From Hypanus sabinus (Eukaryota): 64,000 nucleotides of DNA. Below the pieces are notes generated by a model. The model made no database searches. It was not told where the DNA came from and saw nothing but the letters and a program-made list of their open reading frames with translations. Position numbers and translations under genes: made by a program. The stretch lies in the NCBI RefSeq assembly GCF_030144855.1, contig NC_082730.1, positions 3,906,001 to 3,970,000 on the forward strand. The letters run 5' to 3'. Below, in pieces: positions 1 through 12,826 of the stretch (positions within the stretch are counted from its first letter, which is position 1; every line of letters starts with the position of its first letter).

Positions 1-1478
1 GATGCAATTGCTGCAATTACTGAAAGCAATTCCGATGACACAGGATTTATAAATCTCAAAGTGTAGGAAGTATACTAAGGGCAAGATGACACAACCATGG
101 CTAACGAAGGAAGTCAAGGTCAACATGAGGTCCAAAGTGAGGACATATAATAGAGCAGAAAATTGACGAGATGTTAGGGGAGTGGGAAGCTTTTAAATAC
201 CAACAGAAGGCAACTAAATGTCGTTAAGTAGGTAAATGTTGAATAAATCTAGCCAATAATATTAAAGACAATACCAACAATTTCTTCAGGACCATAAAGT
301 GTGAAAGAGAGGCAAGAGTGGATTTTGGACCACTGGAAAATGATGCTGTTATGGGGACAAGGAAATGGCAGAAAAACTGGATAAGTATTTTGCATCAGTC
401 TTACTGTGGAAGAATCTAACAGTGTGGAGGATGATACAGGTAATGTGTCGTGTAATGTTTGAAGTTACCACTACTAGAGAGAAGGTCCTTGGGACACTAA
501 AAGGTCTGATGGTGGATAACTCACCGGGAGCAGATGGTGTACTCCCCAAGATTCTGATAGAGGTGGTTGAACAGATTGTGGAGGCATTAGTAATGACCTT
601 TCAATAATCATTAGATTCTGTAAAGGTTCCTGAAGACTGGACAATTGCAAAAGGAACCCCACTCTTCAAGAAAAGAGAAAGGCAGAAGAAAGGAAATTAA
701 AGGCCAATTAGTCTGACCTCAGTGGTCGTGAAGATGTTGGATTCAATTGTTAAGGATGTGTTTTCGAGGTTCTCGGAGACACAGGATAAAATAGGCCATA
801 GTCAGCATAGTTTTCTCAAATGAACATCTTGCCTGACATGTGTGTTGAAATTCTTTGTAGATATAACAAGCAGGATAGACAAAGGAGAATTGGTTAACGC
901 TGCAAACTTGTGTAACACCCTGGGAAAGTGTTCACTGCTGACATAATGGTTTTTCTGTAGAAGCTGTGTTTGGAGTATTGTGAGCAGTTCTGGGCCCTTT
1001 ATCTCAAAAAGGATGTGCTGAAACTGGAAAGGGAACAAAGGAGGTTCATGAAAATTATTCCAGGATGAATTGACTTGTCATATGAACTGTGTTTAATTGT
1101 TCTGATCCTGTAATCAATGGAAATAAAAAGAATGAGAGATGACCTAATTGAAACCTACCAAAATTGTAAAAAGTCTTGATAGAGTGGCTGTGGAGAGGAT
1201 GTTTTCTACGGGTGGAGTTTGAAGACCCAATAGATTGACATCTTCTTCGAACAGATTTGTGGAGGAACTTGTTTAGCTGGAGAGTGGTGAATCAGTGATA
1301 TTTGTTGCTACAGGAAGCTGAGGAGGCCAATTCTTTATGTACATTTAAGGCAGAGGTTAATAGATTCTTGATTGATCACAGCATGAAGGGATACAGGGGG
1401 AAGGCAGGAGACTGGGGCTGAGAGGAAAACAGATTAGCCATGATGAAATGGCAGAGCAGATTCAATGGGCTAAATGGT
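1..1478 (+). mobile_element. Decayed CR1-clade LINE, ORF2 fragments plus 3' UTR
   Basis: ORF 365-607 (EKLDKYFASV...DNSPGADGVLPKILIEVVEQIVEAL) matches the CR1 pre-RT region. Downstream RT/C-terminal remnants and a typical CR1 3' UTR (ggggaaggcaggagactgggg...gcagattcaatgggctaaatgg) follow. Many stops and frameshifts. Confidence 0.8.
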
Positions 1479-1479
1479 C

Positions 1480-2190
1480 ATTTGGAAATCCAGCAGCACA
1501 TCTTGTTCACACAACAACTCAGTCAATGCAAATCCCCCGTCATTGGTCTCTCCAGAGAACGAGTAAACCAAACGCAGTATTTTTTTGTCCAACAGGGTCT
1601 TGTGATCACTACACTAAATATCCAAAGCAATCAACCGTACTTTTTTAGGGCTGCGCACAGTCTGGGCACAAATGTACGCAACAAGTCCAGCTCCGTCAAT
1701 ATCGAGCAAGTTGCTGCTGGGGTAGTCCTGCAGTCATTGATGTTCTTAATCTCCAGCAGTGACTTGCGGATGGAAAATAGACGTACAGGATGAGCAAATA
1801 CACGGGAGTGGTCGCTGTGTCTGAGCACGCCGCCATCGTTCCAGAAGCAGATGTAGAGTCTCGATGTGGAGGGGCCCCTCCCTCCTCTGAGCTCTCTCAT
1901 GTCTGCTTGGTGGGCAAGACCAGTTGTAATGGGGAACTCTGAGTAGAGAGCAGTAACAAATATTTGAGACATGTTGAGTGGACGTGCAGACCCCTCATCC
2001 ATTGTGGTCACTCCCGGGTTCTCTGCTTGTCCACATCCATGAAGCTCTTTGTCTCCTTCAGCGTCTCTGTCTGCTGCTCTCTCGGCTGCCCTGTCCATTC
2101 TCTGACTTCCTCTGCTGTCCATTGGGTCAAACAGCACAGAGATCGTCCCTTTGATCCACTGAGCGAACTCCAACCATCAAACACCACGTT
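1480..2190 (-). other. Unidentified coding-like relic (180-aa open frame 2173->1631, continuing with a frameshift to ~1485)
   Basis: Long minus-strand ORF with protein-like composition, sitting between a CR1 tail and a SINE. No family recognised. Confidence 0.3.
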
Positions 2191-2244
2191 ACACCAATAC
2201 CATTTCATTAATCCCATCACCTCCCCCAGTTTCTACCACTCACC

Positions 2245-2450
2245 CTCTCAGTAGGGGCAATTTATAGTGGACAATTAACCTACCGCCCTTGTATCATTGG
2301 AATCTGGGATGAAATAATAGCACCCTGGGTAACCCGTGCCTTCACTGGGAGAACATGCAAACTCCACACAGCTGGAATCTAAAACCAGGATGAAATTAGG
2401 TTTGCTGGAGTTGTGAGACAGCAGAACTTCCTGCTGCCCGTCTGTATGTG
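2245..2450 (-). mobile_element. HE1-like elasmobranch SINE remnant
   Basis: ggggcaatttatagtggacaattaacctac...gggagaacatgcaaactccacacag resembles the reverse complement of the HE1 SINE body, from recall of the family rather than a database match. Confidence 0.5.
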
Positions 2451-3429
2451 ATTTCTCTCTTAACTTCAGAGACAACTGCACTCCAGCACCATTTTCTGTT
2501 TCACAACCTCAAACACTTCCCGCCACCATGTTACAACTTTGCAAGTCTTTCATCAAGATCCCACACACCTCGAGCTGCTGAAACCCTTCATTCGTATTCT
2601 TGTTGATCAATCTGTTGTGTTTTGTTGTCACTGGAGTTGCTTCATCTGATTGACCTGTGCCAGCCTCTCACTGGATCTGGCACAAGGCCACAAACAGTAT
2701 TAATTTATTGCTCTTGCCCCATGTCTCTTCCTTTGTTCAACACTGTTCATCCAAACATGCAGCTCAGTCTTCGTCAGGTCACACAGGCTGTTTTTTTGAT
2801 AAGCCTGTCAGTCTGACAAAATCAAAAAGAGCTGTTTATTTGGAAATGATCGCTCATTTATCAGATTGTCGATCTCACTGCATCTACTTATCGCTGCTCT
2901 GATCTAACCATCCCCAGGGGGGAGCCAGCTCACAAAATGGTGGCTGTAGAGAACACACATAAAATGGCAGCCTCCATTCCTTCCACTACAAGAATGTATT
3001 TGCTTTTACTGCTTCCCCTGTCCCTGGCTCTTTCGGTGTTCTATAGTTTTTTAATCCCTTCATCACTGACAATCCACAGGATCAGCATTCAATCCCTCAC
3101 TTTGTTGTACGAAAGCTTCAGAATTCGGGGAGATGAGATTGTTTGGTCAGGTAGGCAGAGGAAGAGGCAAATGGAGAATAGAATGGAGTTTGTGTTGGAT
3201 CAATGTAAATTGATGTTCTCTATTTGGAGGCTGTGTCGTCTGGTCCTACACTCCTCCACCCTTAGAAACATCCTCTCTGTTGAGGTCTTTTAGCATTCGA
3301 TAGGTTTTACTGCTTCCCCTGTCCCTGGCTCATTCCGTGTTTTACATTCCTCCTCATATGCTCTAAAGATGAACTGTAGAATACTTGAAAGTGAGTCCAT
3401 AGGTTGTGGAATCAATTCAGAGTTGCAGT

Positions 3430-3700
3430 GTGAGAAGTTACCCACGCTGGTTCAGGAGTCTGATGTATAACTGTTCCTGAAACTTGTGGTGTGGAACCTG
3501 AGATCCATACCTCTGTTCCAACAGCAGCAATAAAAGCAGATTATGGACTGGATGGTAGGTGTCCCTGATGATGCATGTTTGCTTTCTTGTAGCAGTGCTC
3601 CTTGAGATCTGCTTAGTGGTTGGGAGGGATTTTCTTGTGATGGACTGGACCGTATCCACCACTTCATGTTGGCTTTTCTGTTCCTTTGATCAGGACTGTG
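3430..3700 (-). mobile_element. Rex1/L2-like LINE 3' ORF2 fragment
   Basis: Minus frame VDTVQSITRKSLPTTKQI...IIRDTYHPVHNL matches the C-terminus of Rex1-type RT ORFs. Confidence 0.6.
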
Positions 3701-3982
3701 GTGATGAGATAAAACTTCAGTCAGAGTTTCATTGAACGGGGGCAGGGACGAGGGTCCAAAAATCCTCCTGCTCTTATTGTTCTTATTTGGTGTGAGGTGA
3801 CATTCTGACATCAGTCAGTCCGCATTTGACGTCGAGCGCTGTGGCTTTCTGCCTGTGATCACACCTCTGTATTTCACCTTTTGCACAACACGTACTTTCT
3901 TGTCGACTGCTCCTCACAACATACTGACTAGGAGGGGAAGCTTTGTTTGGTCCATCAGCATTTATACTGTTCTGTGAGAACA

Positions 3983-4037
3983 ATGAACACCAGGCATCTG
4001 CTGATCTCCTGCTGGCTAACTCTCTGTGCCTCACGCT
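3983..4037 (+). CDS. Candidate signal-peptide (leader) exon, MNTRHLLISCWLTLCASR + 1 nt
   Basis: ACAATG start, basic N-region, hydrophobic core, 55 nt, phase-1 donor GTAAGT at 4038. Joining to 22155 gives ...CASR-S-GTA|VPP with a plausible G-x-A cleavage site. The link to the V exon is inferred. Confidence 0.5.
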
Positions 4038-7000
4038 GTAAGTTTGATTCAGAGCAAGTCTTTGTCTTTTAAAGTCCTTCTCTTCAGGTTCTCTGTTAAT
4101 TTCTGGACTGGGGCATTTCTGGGTCCCACAATACCAGAGCAAGGAGAGTGTATGCTGGTCAGAATGAAGCACGGGTTTGATATAGAGAGCGAAAAAAGCT
4201 TGGTTACTGGTGGGCATTGGGGCAGAGGATTGGCGCATTCTGTAGCCATAGACACATCCTGCTGCTAATTCTGTAAATGAAGCTTGAGAAAAAAGTATCA
4301 GTTGTTCACGGGATTGGGAAGGATTTATCAGGGATGTGGAACCCAGGAACTGGGATCTGATCCAGAGATGTTTCCAGGAAAAGTTCATGATGGGGAATCG
4401 TTGTAGGAATGATGGTTGGGGGGGGGGGGACACTGAATGCAGAAAGAGAGGGGAAATTGTTAACAGTCATCTAACATTTTGGGATCTGAATGCTGGTTTC
4501 CTCTCTCTCTCTGTTAACAGAGTGTCGATCTGTCAATAGCCCAAATCACAGAACCGGACATACAATCAGTGAGAGAGAATGATGAGGAAAATCCTGATAT
4601 CATTGTCAGAAGCAGTTGTTAACCTGAAGAATGAGTCTTTTCTTTTTCAATCTTTTTATTAAGTTTCAAATTAGTAAACATAACAATAATGATAATGATA
4701 CAAAGAGGTCGGGATTACATTAATAACGGTTAACATGTACAAACACAGATTCCAAATAACAAATGTAGTTTAGCCTCCCAATCTCTTAGTAAATGCCCAT
4801 GAAAAAAAATTGATAAAGAGAGAATAAAAACCATAAACTAAAAAAAACTGAAATAAAAAAACAAAGATTGGACTGCCATATTTCATTGGCTAAAATTATA
4901 ATTTGTTGTTAACTCTGCTCCTCTATACCTGAGCAAAATATTACTAAAAATGGATTCAGAAAGGCTCAACTTACATCATATGAAAACAAATGGCCTCCAA
5001 GTTTCTTCAAATTTAACCAAAGGATCCACAGAACTGCTCCTAATTTTTTCCAAGTTTAAACATGCTATCATTTGGTAAAATCATTGAAATGTGGTAGGGG
5101 GATTGGAATCTTTCCATTTAAGTAAAATGGTTTTTCTGACTATTAATGTAACAAATGCAATTAAATGACAAGCTGATGAGGTTAAATGATTGTAGTCTAT
5201 CACTGGTAATCCAAAAATTGCAGTAATGGGATGAGTTTGTAAATCAACCCACAGAACTACTGAAATAATATCAAAATTATCTTTCCAGTATTTTCCTCAA
5301 AGAAGGCAAGAACAGAACATAAGTGTCAAGGAAGCTACTTCAGAATTATATCTATCGCAAACAGGATTTATTTGGCAGTAAAAGTGAGCTAGCTTATCCT
5401 TGGACATATGAGCCCTATGAACCACCTTAAATTGTATCAAAGTGTGTCTGGCACACATTGAGGAAGTATTAACTAGTTGAAGAATTTTCTCCCATTTCTC
5501 TGTAGATAAAGATAATTGAAGTTCTCTTTCCCACTCAGTCTTGATTTTATCAGAAGTACTTAAGCGTATTTTCATAATTAAATCATAAATAAATGCTATT
5601 AAACTCTTCTGATATGGATTTAAACTTAATTTTTTTTCTGTAACTTCAATTTTATGTGATATCTGAACGGTACCTAAAGTAGCGTTCAGAAAGTTTCTAA
5701 TCTGTAAATATCTGAAAAAGTGTGATGTAGGCAAATTATATTTATTACACAATAAATGAAACATGAAACAATCATCCATGAATAAATCACTAAAACATGT
5801 TATTCTCTTTGTTTTCCATAAAATAAAAGCTTAATTAATTCTTGATGGTTGAAAGAAAAATATAGATATAATAGAACTTGGCAGGATAAATTTATTCAAT
5901 CCAAAAAATTTACAAAATTGTAACCATATTCATATTGTATGTTTGATTATTGGCTTCTCATTTGTTTATTCAATTTAGTAAGTGCAAAGGGAAGCGCAGC
6001 TCCTAAAATAGAAGCCCATGAAAACACCTGTGCAGACTCCCACTCGAGGTTCATCCATCGTGGATATTGAGTTTCATCCAACTCTTGTGTCTGAAACATT
6101 AATTTTGAATATTAATTGCCCAATAATAAAATCTAAGATTCGACAAAACCAAACGCCTTCCTGTTTTGATTTCTGTAAATATTTCTTACTTAACATAGGA
6201 TTTCTTTTCTGCCATATATATGAAGAAATTTTAGAATCAATAATATCAAAAATGATTTAGGGATGAAAATTGATACTACCTGAAATAGATATAGAAATTT
6301 AGGTAAAATAATCATCTTCATAGCATTAATTCAACCAATCAAAGATAGGGACAATGGGGACAATTTAGTAAACAGTTGTTTAACTTGATCAATTAAGGGT
6401 AAAAATGTGATTTTAAATAGAACCTTATACTTCTTAGTAATTTTAACACCCAAATAAATAAAATATTCAGTAACCAATCTAAATGGTGATTGCATATAAA
6501 TTGGAACCTGCATATTTAATGGGGAAAACACATTCTTATTAAGATTCAATTTATGACCAGAAAATCTACTAAACTGAGCAAGTAGTGTTATTACTGCAGG
6601 AATGGGTATCTCTGGGTACAACATATGTAGTAATAGGTCAACTGCATGTAATGATACTTTATGCATCCCATTCTTACAATTAATGCCAAATATATTGGGT
6701 GAATCAAGAAGAGTGACTGCCAAGGGCTCCAGGGCAATATCGAATAGTAAAGGGCTTAAAGGACAACCCTGTCTCATACCTCAAAAAAGCCTACAAAAGG
6801 GAGATCTCTGATTATTGGTAAATACAGCAGCCAAGGGTGTATGATATATCAATTGAATCTAAGGTAGAAATTTTGGGCTAAAATTAAATTTCTCAAGTAT
6901 ATTAAATAAATATTCCCATTCAAGTCTGTCAAATGTCTTCTCGGCATTAAGCGAAATAACGCATTCTGCAGTATTAGATAAAGTGGTGTATATAATGTTC

Positions 7001-7854
7001 ATTAAACTCCTAACATTAAAATGTGAATAACAATTTTTAATAAATCCTGTCCGATCCTCAGAGACAATTTGTGGCAATATCTTCTGTAATCAACTTGCTA
7101 ATATTTTGGAAAAGATTTTAGAATCAACATTCAACAAAGATATAGGTCTGTATGATGCATATTCATATCTTTGTCTTTTTTAGGAATTAAAGAAATAGAT
7201 GCTTCATAAAAGGATTGTGGTCATTTACCTACAAATAAAGCATATTTAAAAATTCTGCATAACAAAGCAGAATGTAAATCTGAAAAATAATATAAAAATT
7301 CATCTGTATACCTATCCGGACTTTACCAGAGTTCATTGAAAAAATTGCTTTTTTTATTTCAGTAATGGGTGCAGCTAATGGGTTAATCAGCTGGTAATTT
7401 TGGAATATTCAGTTTCCTTAAAAATTCATGCATTATGGTAGGATCATCAGGAAATTCTGATTGGTATAAATTGGTATAAAATTCTTGAAAAGATTTATTA
7501 ATTTCATTGTGGTCAACCGTCAAAATACCATGCTGTCTATGAACTTTATTCATCTGACGTTTCACCAAAGCAGCCTTCATTTGGTTAGCCAATGATAGAC
7601 TTGATTTATCACCATGTATATAAAATTGACTCTTAGTTTTAAGTAATTGATTTTCAATTGAGGATGTTAATAACAAGCTATGTCGCATCTGAAGTTCACC
7701 TTTCTCTTTATAAAGCTCCAGATTGGGAGCAATAGAATATTTTTTATTAATTTCTTTAACCTTATCAAGCAATGTATATATTTCACTATTAATCCATGTT
7801 TTCAATCCAGCAGAGTATGAAATAATTTGCCCACAGATATATACTCTTAAGGTA

Positions 7855-10800
7855 CAGGTGTCCCCCGTTTTTCAAATGTTCACTTTATGTCAACTCGCTG
7901 TTACAAAAGACCTACATTAGTTACCTGTTTTCACTGACAGAAGGTTCTTTCAATGTTAAGAGAAAAGGCAGCGCATACCCTGTGCAGCCAAGCTACTCCC
8001 CCAGAAATGCATTCTCGCCAGCATTGCTTAAACGCGTGCCTGTGAGCATCTGTGCTTAATGTCAATTTATTTTCTGCATCGGTTAGCAATATGAGTTCTA
8101 AGGTATCAGAAAAGTCTAAAAGAGTGCATAAGGGTGTTACACTTAGTGTAAAACTAGAAAATTAAGCATTTCGATTGTTGTGAACAAAATAAGGATATAG
8201 TGAGTTTGGCTAAGGGCTTGTGGAAGTTGACGAAGATGATATTGAAGGGGTTTTGGCTTCCCATGACCAAGAACTGACAGATGAAGAGCAGATGAAGAGG
8301 AAAAGATAACAATTGAAACCGAACACAGTAGCAAAATAGTGAAGTCATCCAGGAACTGAACATGAAGCAATAATGTGAGACTTTTATTGCGATTGGCAAT
8401 GCTGCAATGGTTGCAGAAAAGTACGACTTTAATTTTTAAAAGGTACGTAGGTTTAGGGCATATTTGCTGGATGGTTTGAGTGCTTATGCAAATTTATGAT
8501 GAAGGTCAACAGATGCTTGATGCTCCAATTAACGAGCATGAAATTCAGAAAGCTATTTCATCAATGCAATCAGGTAAAGCTCCCAGACTTGATGGTTCTT
8601 CGGTGGGATTGGTCAAAAAAATTGAAAGATTAGTTTCTCCGTATCTTTTGGAAATATTTCATGAATCCTTTGAGAAAGGTAATTTACATTCTTCTTTTTA
8701 TGAAGCATCTATAGCCTTAATTCTTAAAAAAGATAAAGATGCCGTTGAATGCCATAGACCTATTTCACTATTAAATGTGGATGCAAAAATTCTTTCTAAA
8801 ATAATGGCTAACAACTTGGAAACTTTTTAAATTAAAATTATCTCTATGGACCAGATGGGCTTTATTAAAGACCGTTACTCTTTCTCTAATGTTTGGAGAT
8901 TGATGAACATTATTTATTCACCATTATCTAAGCAACCTCAATGTGTTATCTCTCTTGATGCAGAAAAGGCATTCGATAGAGTTGAGTGGCCATACTTGTT
9001 CACAGTATTAGAAAAATCTGGTTTTGGTAATAATTTTAATAGATGGATTAAAATGATCTATAAGAACCCTATTGCTATGGTCATTACTAGCAAATACAGG
9101 TCTTCTTTCTTTTCACTTTCTCATGGTACTAGACAGGGATGTCCATTAAGCCCTTTATTATTTAATCTTGTATTGGAACCTTTAGCTATAACATTATGGG
9201 AGGCCAAAAGCATTCATGGTATTTCTATAAATGGAACCATTCATAAGATTTCTCTTTATGCAGATGATCTTTTGATTTTTATTTCAAATCTTGAGGAATC
9301 AATTCCTAATCTTTTTGGAAACACCTAAAGATTTTGGAAAATTTTCAGGATACCAACTTAGTTTGAATAAAAGTGAATTGTTTCATTAAATACTCCTGTT
9401 AGTATATATAATGATATTCCTTTTAGAATTGTTAATACATTTAGATATTTAGGTATTATAATTATGAAAAAATATAAAGATCTTTATAAAGCTAATATAG
9501 TTCCTCTAGTACACTCCATGAAATTACTATTTTCTAGATGGAATCCACTTACTCTTTCTTTAGTAGGTCATATCCATGCTGTTAAAATTATGATTTTATT
9601 TAGATTTTTAGATAATTTCCAAAATATACCTATCTTTTTAACTAAAAAAATTTTGATCAAATTGACTCTCCTATTTCTTCCTTTATTTGGAACAATAAGG
9701 GACCAAGAACTAACAAATACTATTTACAAAAACCCAAAAAAGATGGTGGACTTACACTTCCTAATTTAAGACTGTCTTATTGGGCTGTGAATATTAGATA
9801 ATTATGTTTTTGGTTATATTGGCTTGATAAGAGCCAAAAATCACTTTGGGTTGATTTGGAATTGAAAGCTGTTAAACAATTTCATTTAACTTCAATATTA
9901 AGAGCTCCATTACCTTTACAGCTCTCTAAAATTACAAATCTAAATTTTTCCCAGTTATTAAACAATCTTTACAGATTTGGATTCAATTTTGTAATTTTTT
10001 AAATTTTAAACAATTTAAGTGGTCTAGTTTTCTATATCAAAACTTTTCATTTGAATCTTTAATAACCGACCCCATTTTTCTCCTATGGAAAAATAAATGG
10101 ATCCTTTCTTTACATATTTATTTAGTGATGGTCAATTGATGACTTTTGAAGAATTAATTAACAACTACCCTCTCGCTCATACACATTTTTGCAATATTTT
10201 CAGTTTAGACATTTTTTACAACAGTATTTACCTAAGTTTCCATATTTACAAGAATCTGATTTGTTGCATACCATTTTGAAATTGAATCCCATAGTGAAAA
10301 GTTCCATTAGTAGAATTTATAATTTATTTTTGTTACAAAAATAGAACCTATCACTAAAGATTAAACAAGATTGGGAGAGAGAACTTAATATGACCTTTGT
10401 GAATGAAGATTGGGTTCGAATTTTGAAAAACGTAAATTCTTCTTGTATATGTGCCAATCACTGTTTAATTCAATTTAAAATTGTCCATTGTTATTATTTA
10501 ACAAAGGACAGACTATCTGAAATATTTCCTAGTGTAGATAATTACTGTGATAGATATAAAACTGAAGTAGCTACTTCGCCACATATGTTCTGGTCATGTT
10601 CTTCATTTAAACTGTTTTGGAAATCTTTATTGTCTACAATCTCTAAACTGAAAATAAATTTACAACCTAACAGACTAACTGTTCTATTTGGAATAGTTCT
10701 GTATCATATTCAGCATATTTCATCTTCAGATCAACATGTAATTGCATTTGTTACATTGTTGGCAAGAAGAGCTATTTTATTAAAATAAAAAGATGTCTCT

Positions 10801-11979
10801 TCCCTGACATTAATTGAATGGATTTCTCAAGTACTGTTATGTCTCAGCTTGGAAAAAGTTAAAAGTAGAACTTTCACACCTCGATTTGATTTTGAGAGCA
10901 GATGGGGTTCTTTTGCCAATTATTACCATTTAATTTGAATTATTCTATATATGGTTTCCTTCCAATTTTATTTTTTTAAAATGTGAATTGAAGGCTGATG
11001 ACTTTTATATTAATATATATATCTAGATAATAGTTAAATGTATTACTTCCAGAGTTGATTCCTAATGGGGTTTTCTTTGTAGTTAATGTTTTTTTTTCTT
11101 AGTTAGATGGGGTTCTTTTTTTTATATATATATATTTTTTTAATTTCTATATATTATGATTAGTTTTTGTCTTCAGCTTTATTAATTGTATACTAATCAA
11201 TTTGTTGAAGTTTTGTATTATTCAATAGTTGCAGAATATTATGTATTAATAAAATGATTCTAAAAATGAAAATGAAAATGAAACTGTATGATAGAAAAAT
11301 GTGTGAGGCTAAGTGGTCAAGCATACTGTCATTTTTCAAGCCTTCCACATCAGCCAGAGCAGACAATGAAACTCGACCTTCGACAACGAGGCAGGCAGAT
11401 TTTGACGAAGTTGACCTACCTGTCCTGGAGGAAACAGACGGCGATGAGATGACATCCCTGTCTCCCACCACCCCAAGCTCTGACGACTCAGCCAAACACA
11501 CCAGTGTGCTCATTGTATTCCCAATTCTGATAAGGGGAATTACACTGTACATACATTATTTCTACTTTATATAGGCTGTGTATTTTTATGTGTTACTTGG
11601 TAGCTTCATAGCTTAAAGATTACTGGAAAGAGTGCGTCTGCCGGGAGCGCTTGTGCCATGTGTTTTTGCTGCAAGAGCTGCCGAGAATGCTTGCGTGAGA
11701 TTTTCGCTGCGGTGGACAGGCTGCAATAATTGCAGAGAAGTATTCCTACATTATATAGGCTGTGTATTTATCAGATCATTCCTGCTTTTACTATATGTTA
11801 CTGTTATTTTAGGTTTTATGTGTTATTTGGCATGATTTGGTAGGTTATTTTTTGGGTCTGCGAATGCTCACAAATTTTTCCCATATAAATAAATGGTAAT
11901 TGCTTCTTCACTTTATGACATTCCAGCAAACAAACAATTTCATAGGAACTCTCTACCTTCGAATCGCGGGGGAAACCTG
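7855..11979 (+). mobile_element. Tigger/pogo-like (Tc1-mariner) internally deleted DNA transposon inserted into L1 ORF2
   Basis: Imperfect TIRs: CAGGTGTCCCCCG at 7855 and the reverse complement CAGGTTTCCCCCG ending at 11979. TA at 7853-54 (AA on the right). Transposase remnants MSSKVSEKSKRVHKGVTLSVKLE (HTH-like), EVDEDDIEGVLASHDQELTDEE and LYDRKMCEAK.SSILSFFKPS. The L1 frame resumes across it (ILWD|TLRVYICGQIISYS). Confidence 0.82.
8489..11283 (+). mobile_element. 5'-truncated L1/Tx1 LINE inserted inside the Tigger element
   Basis: ORFs 8480-8830, 8846-9328, 9464-9769 and 10390-10788 (SMQSGKAP, DQMGFIKDR, RQGCPLSPLLF, LYADDLL). AATAAA at 11258 and an (AAAATG)n tail. It splits the Tigger peptide DGLSAY|..LYDRKM. 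Confidence 0.9.
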
Positions 11980-12512
11980 AATCCCATAATATCCCACTGG
12001 AAATTTCTTCCATTGAGGTAGTTGAAAAGACAAAATGCAATCTTTTCTTTAATGAAATTATCAAAATTTAAATCATGAAGCAAAATGGAGTTGAACCGCC
12101 ATTATCTAGTACTAAAAGTTACATCAAATAATTTAATTGATAATTCAAAGGCGCATCTTCGGAAATGGCGATTGTATCACACTCACAGGCAGTGACAGAT
12201 GAAAATAATTGAGATTCAATAAATAAGTAATCAATTCTAGAGGAATTATGATATACCGGAGAAAAGAAAGGTTACTCTTTATCATTGGGATTTAAAAGCT
12301 CCGAATTTCTAAAATTCCTGCGTCAACTAAAAAGGAATTAATAAAAGTAGCAGATTTGTTTGGAAGTACCTGATTTGGTGCAGACCTATCCATCATAGGG
12401 TTCAGAAAACAATTAAAATCTCTGCCCATTATTAACATATATTCATTTAAATTGGGAAGAGATACAAATAAATGCTTAGATAATTGAGGATAAACAGTAT
12501 TTGGTGCATAAA

Positions 12513-12826
12513 CAGACAGACAGACAGACATACTTTATTGATCCCGAGGGAAATTGGGTTTCATTACAGCTGCACCAACCAAGAATAGTGAAGAAATATA
12601 GCAATATAAAACCATAAATAATTAAATATTAATAAGTTAATCATGCCAAGTGCAAATAAAGTCCAGGACCAGCCTATTGGCTTAGGGGGTCTGACATTCG
12701 AGGGAGGAGTTGTAAAGTTTGATGGCCACAGGTAGGAATGACTTCCTATGACGCTCAGTGTTACATCTTGGTGGAATGAATCTCTGGCTGAATGTACTCC
12801 TGTGCCTAACCAGTACATTCTGGACC
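12513..12826 (-). mobile_element. Rex1-like LINE 3' end with (GACA)n tail, copy-1-specific insertion in the L1 endonuclease
   Basis: Same family as 42331-43522. Copy 2 reads ggtgcataaatattaacc uninterrupted at ~40825. Confidence 0.78.

Noticed and set aside
3783-4433. 216-aa minus-strand ORF
   Set aside because: It has no recognisable domain or splice context, and overlaps the more convincing + strand leader.
4501-4637. Strong-looking acceptor at 4520 as next exon for the 3983 leader
   Set aside because: Phase-1 joining creates TAG immediately, and the reassembled frame has multiple stops.
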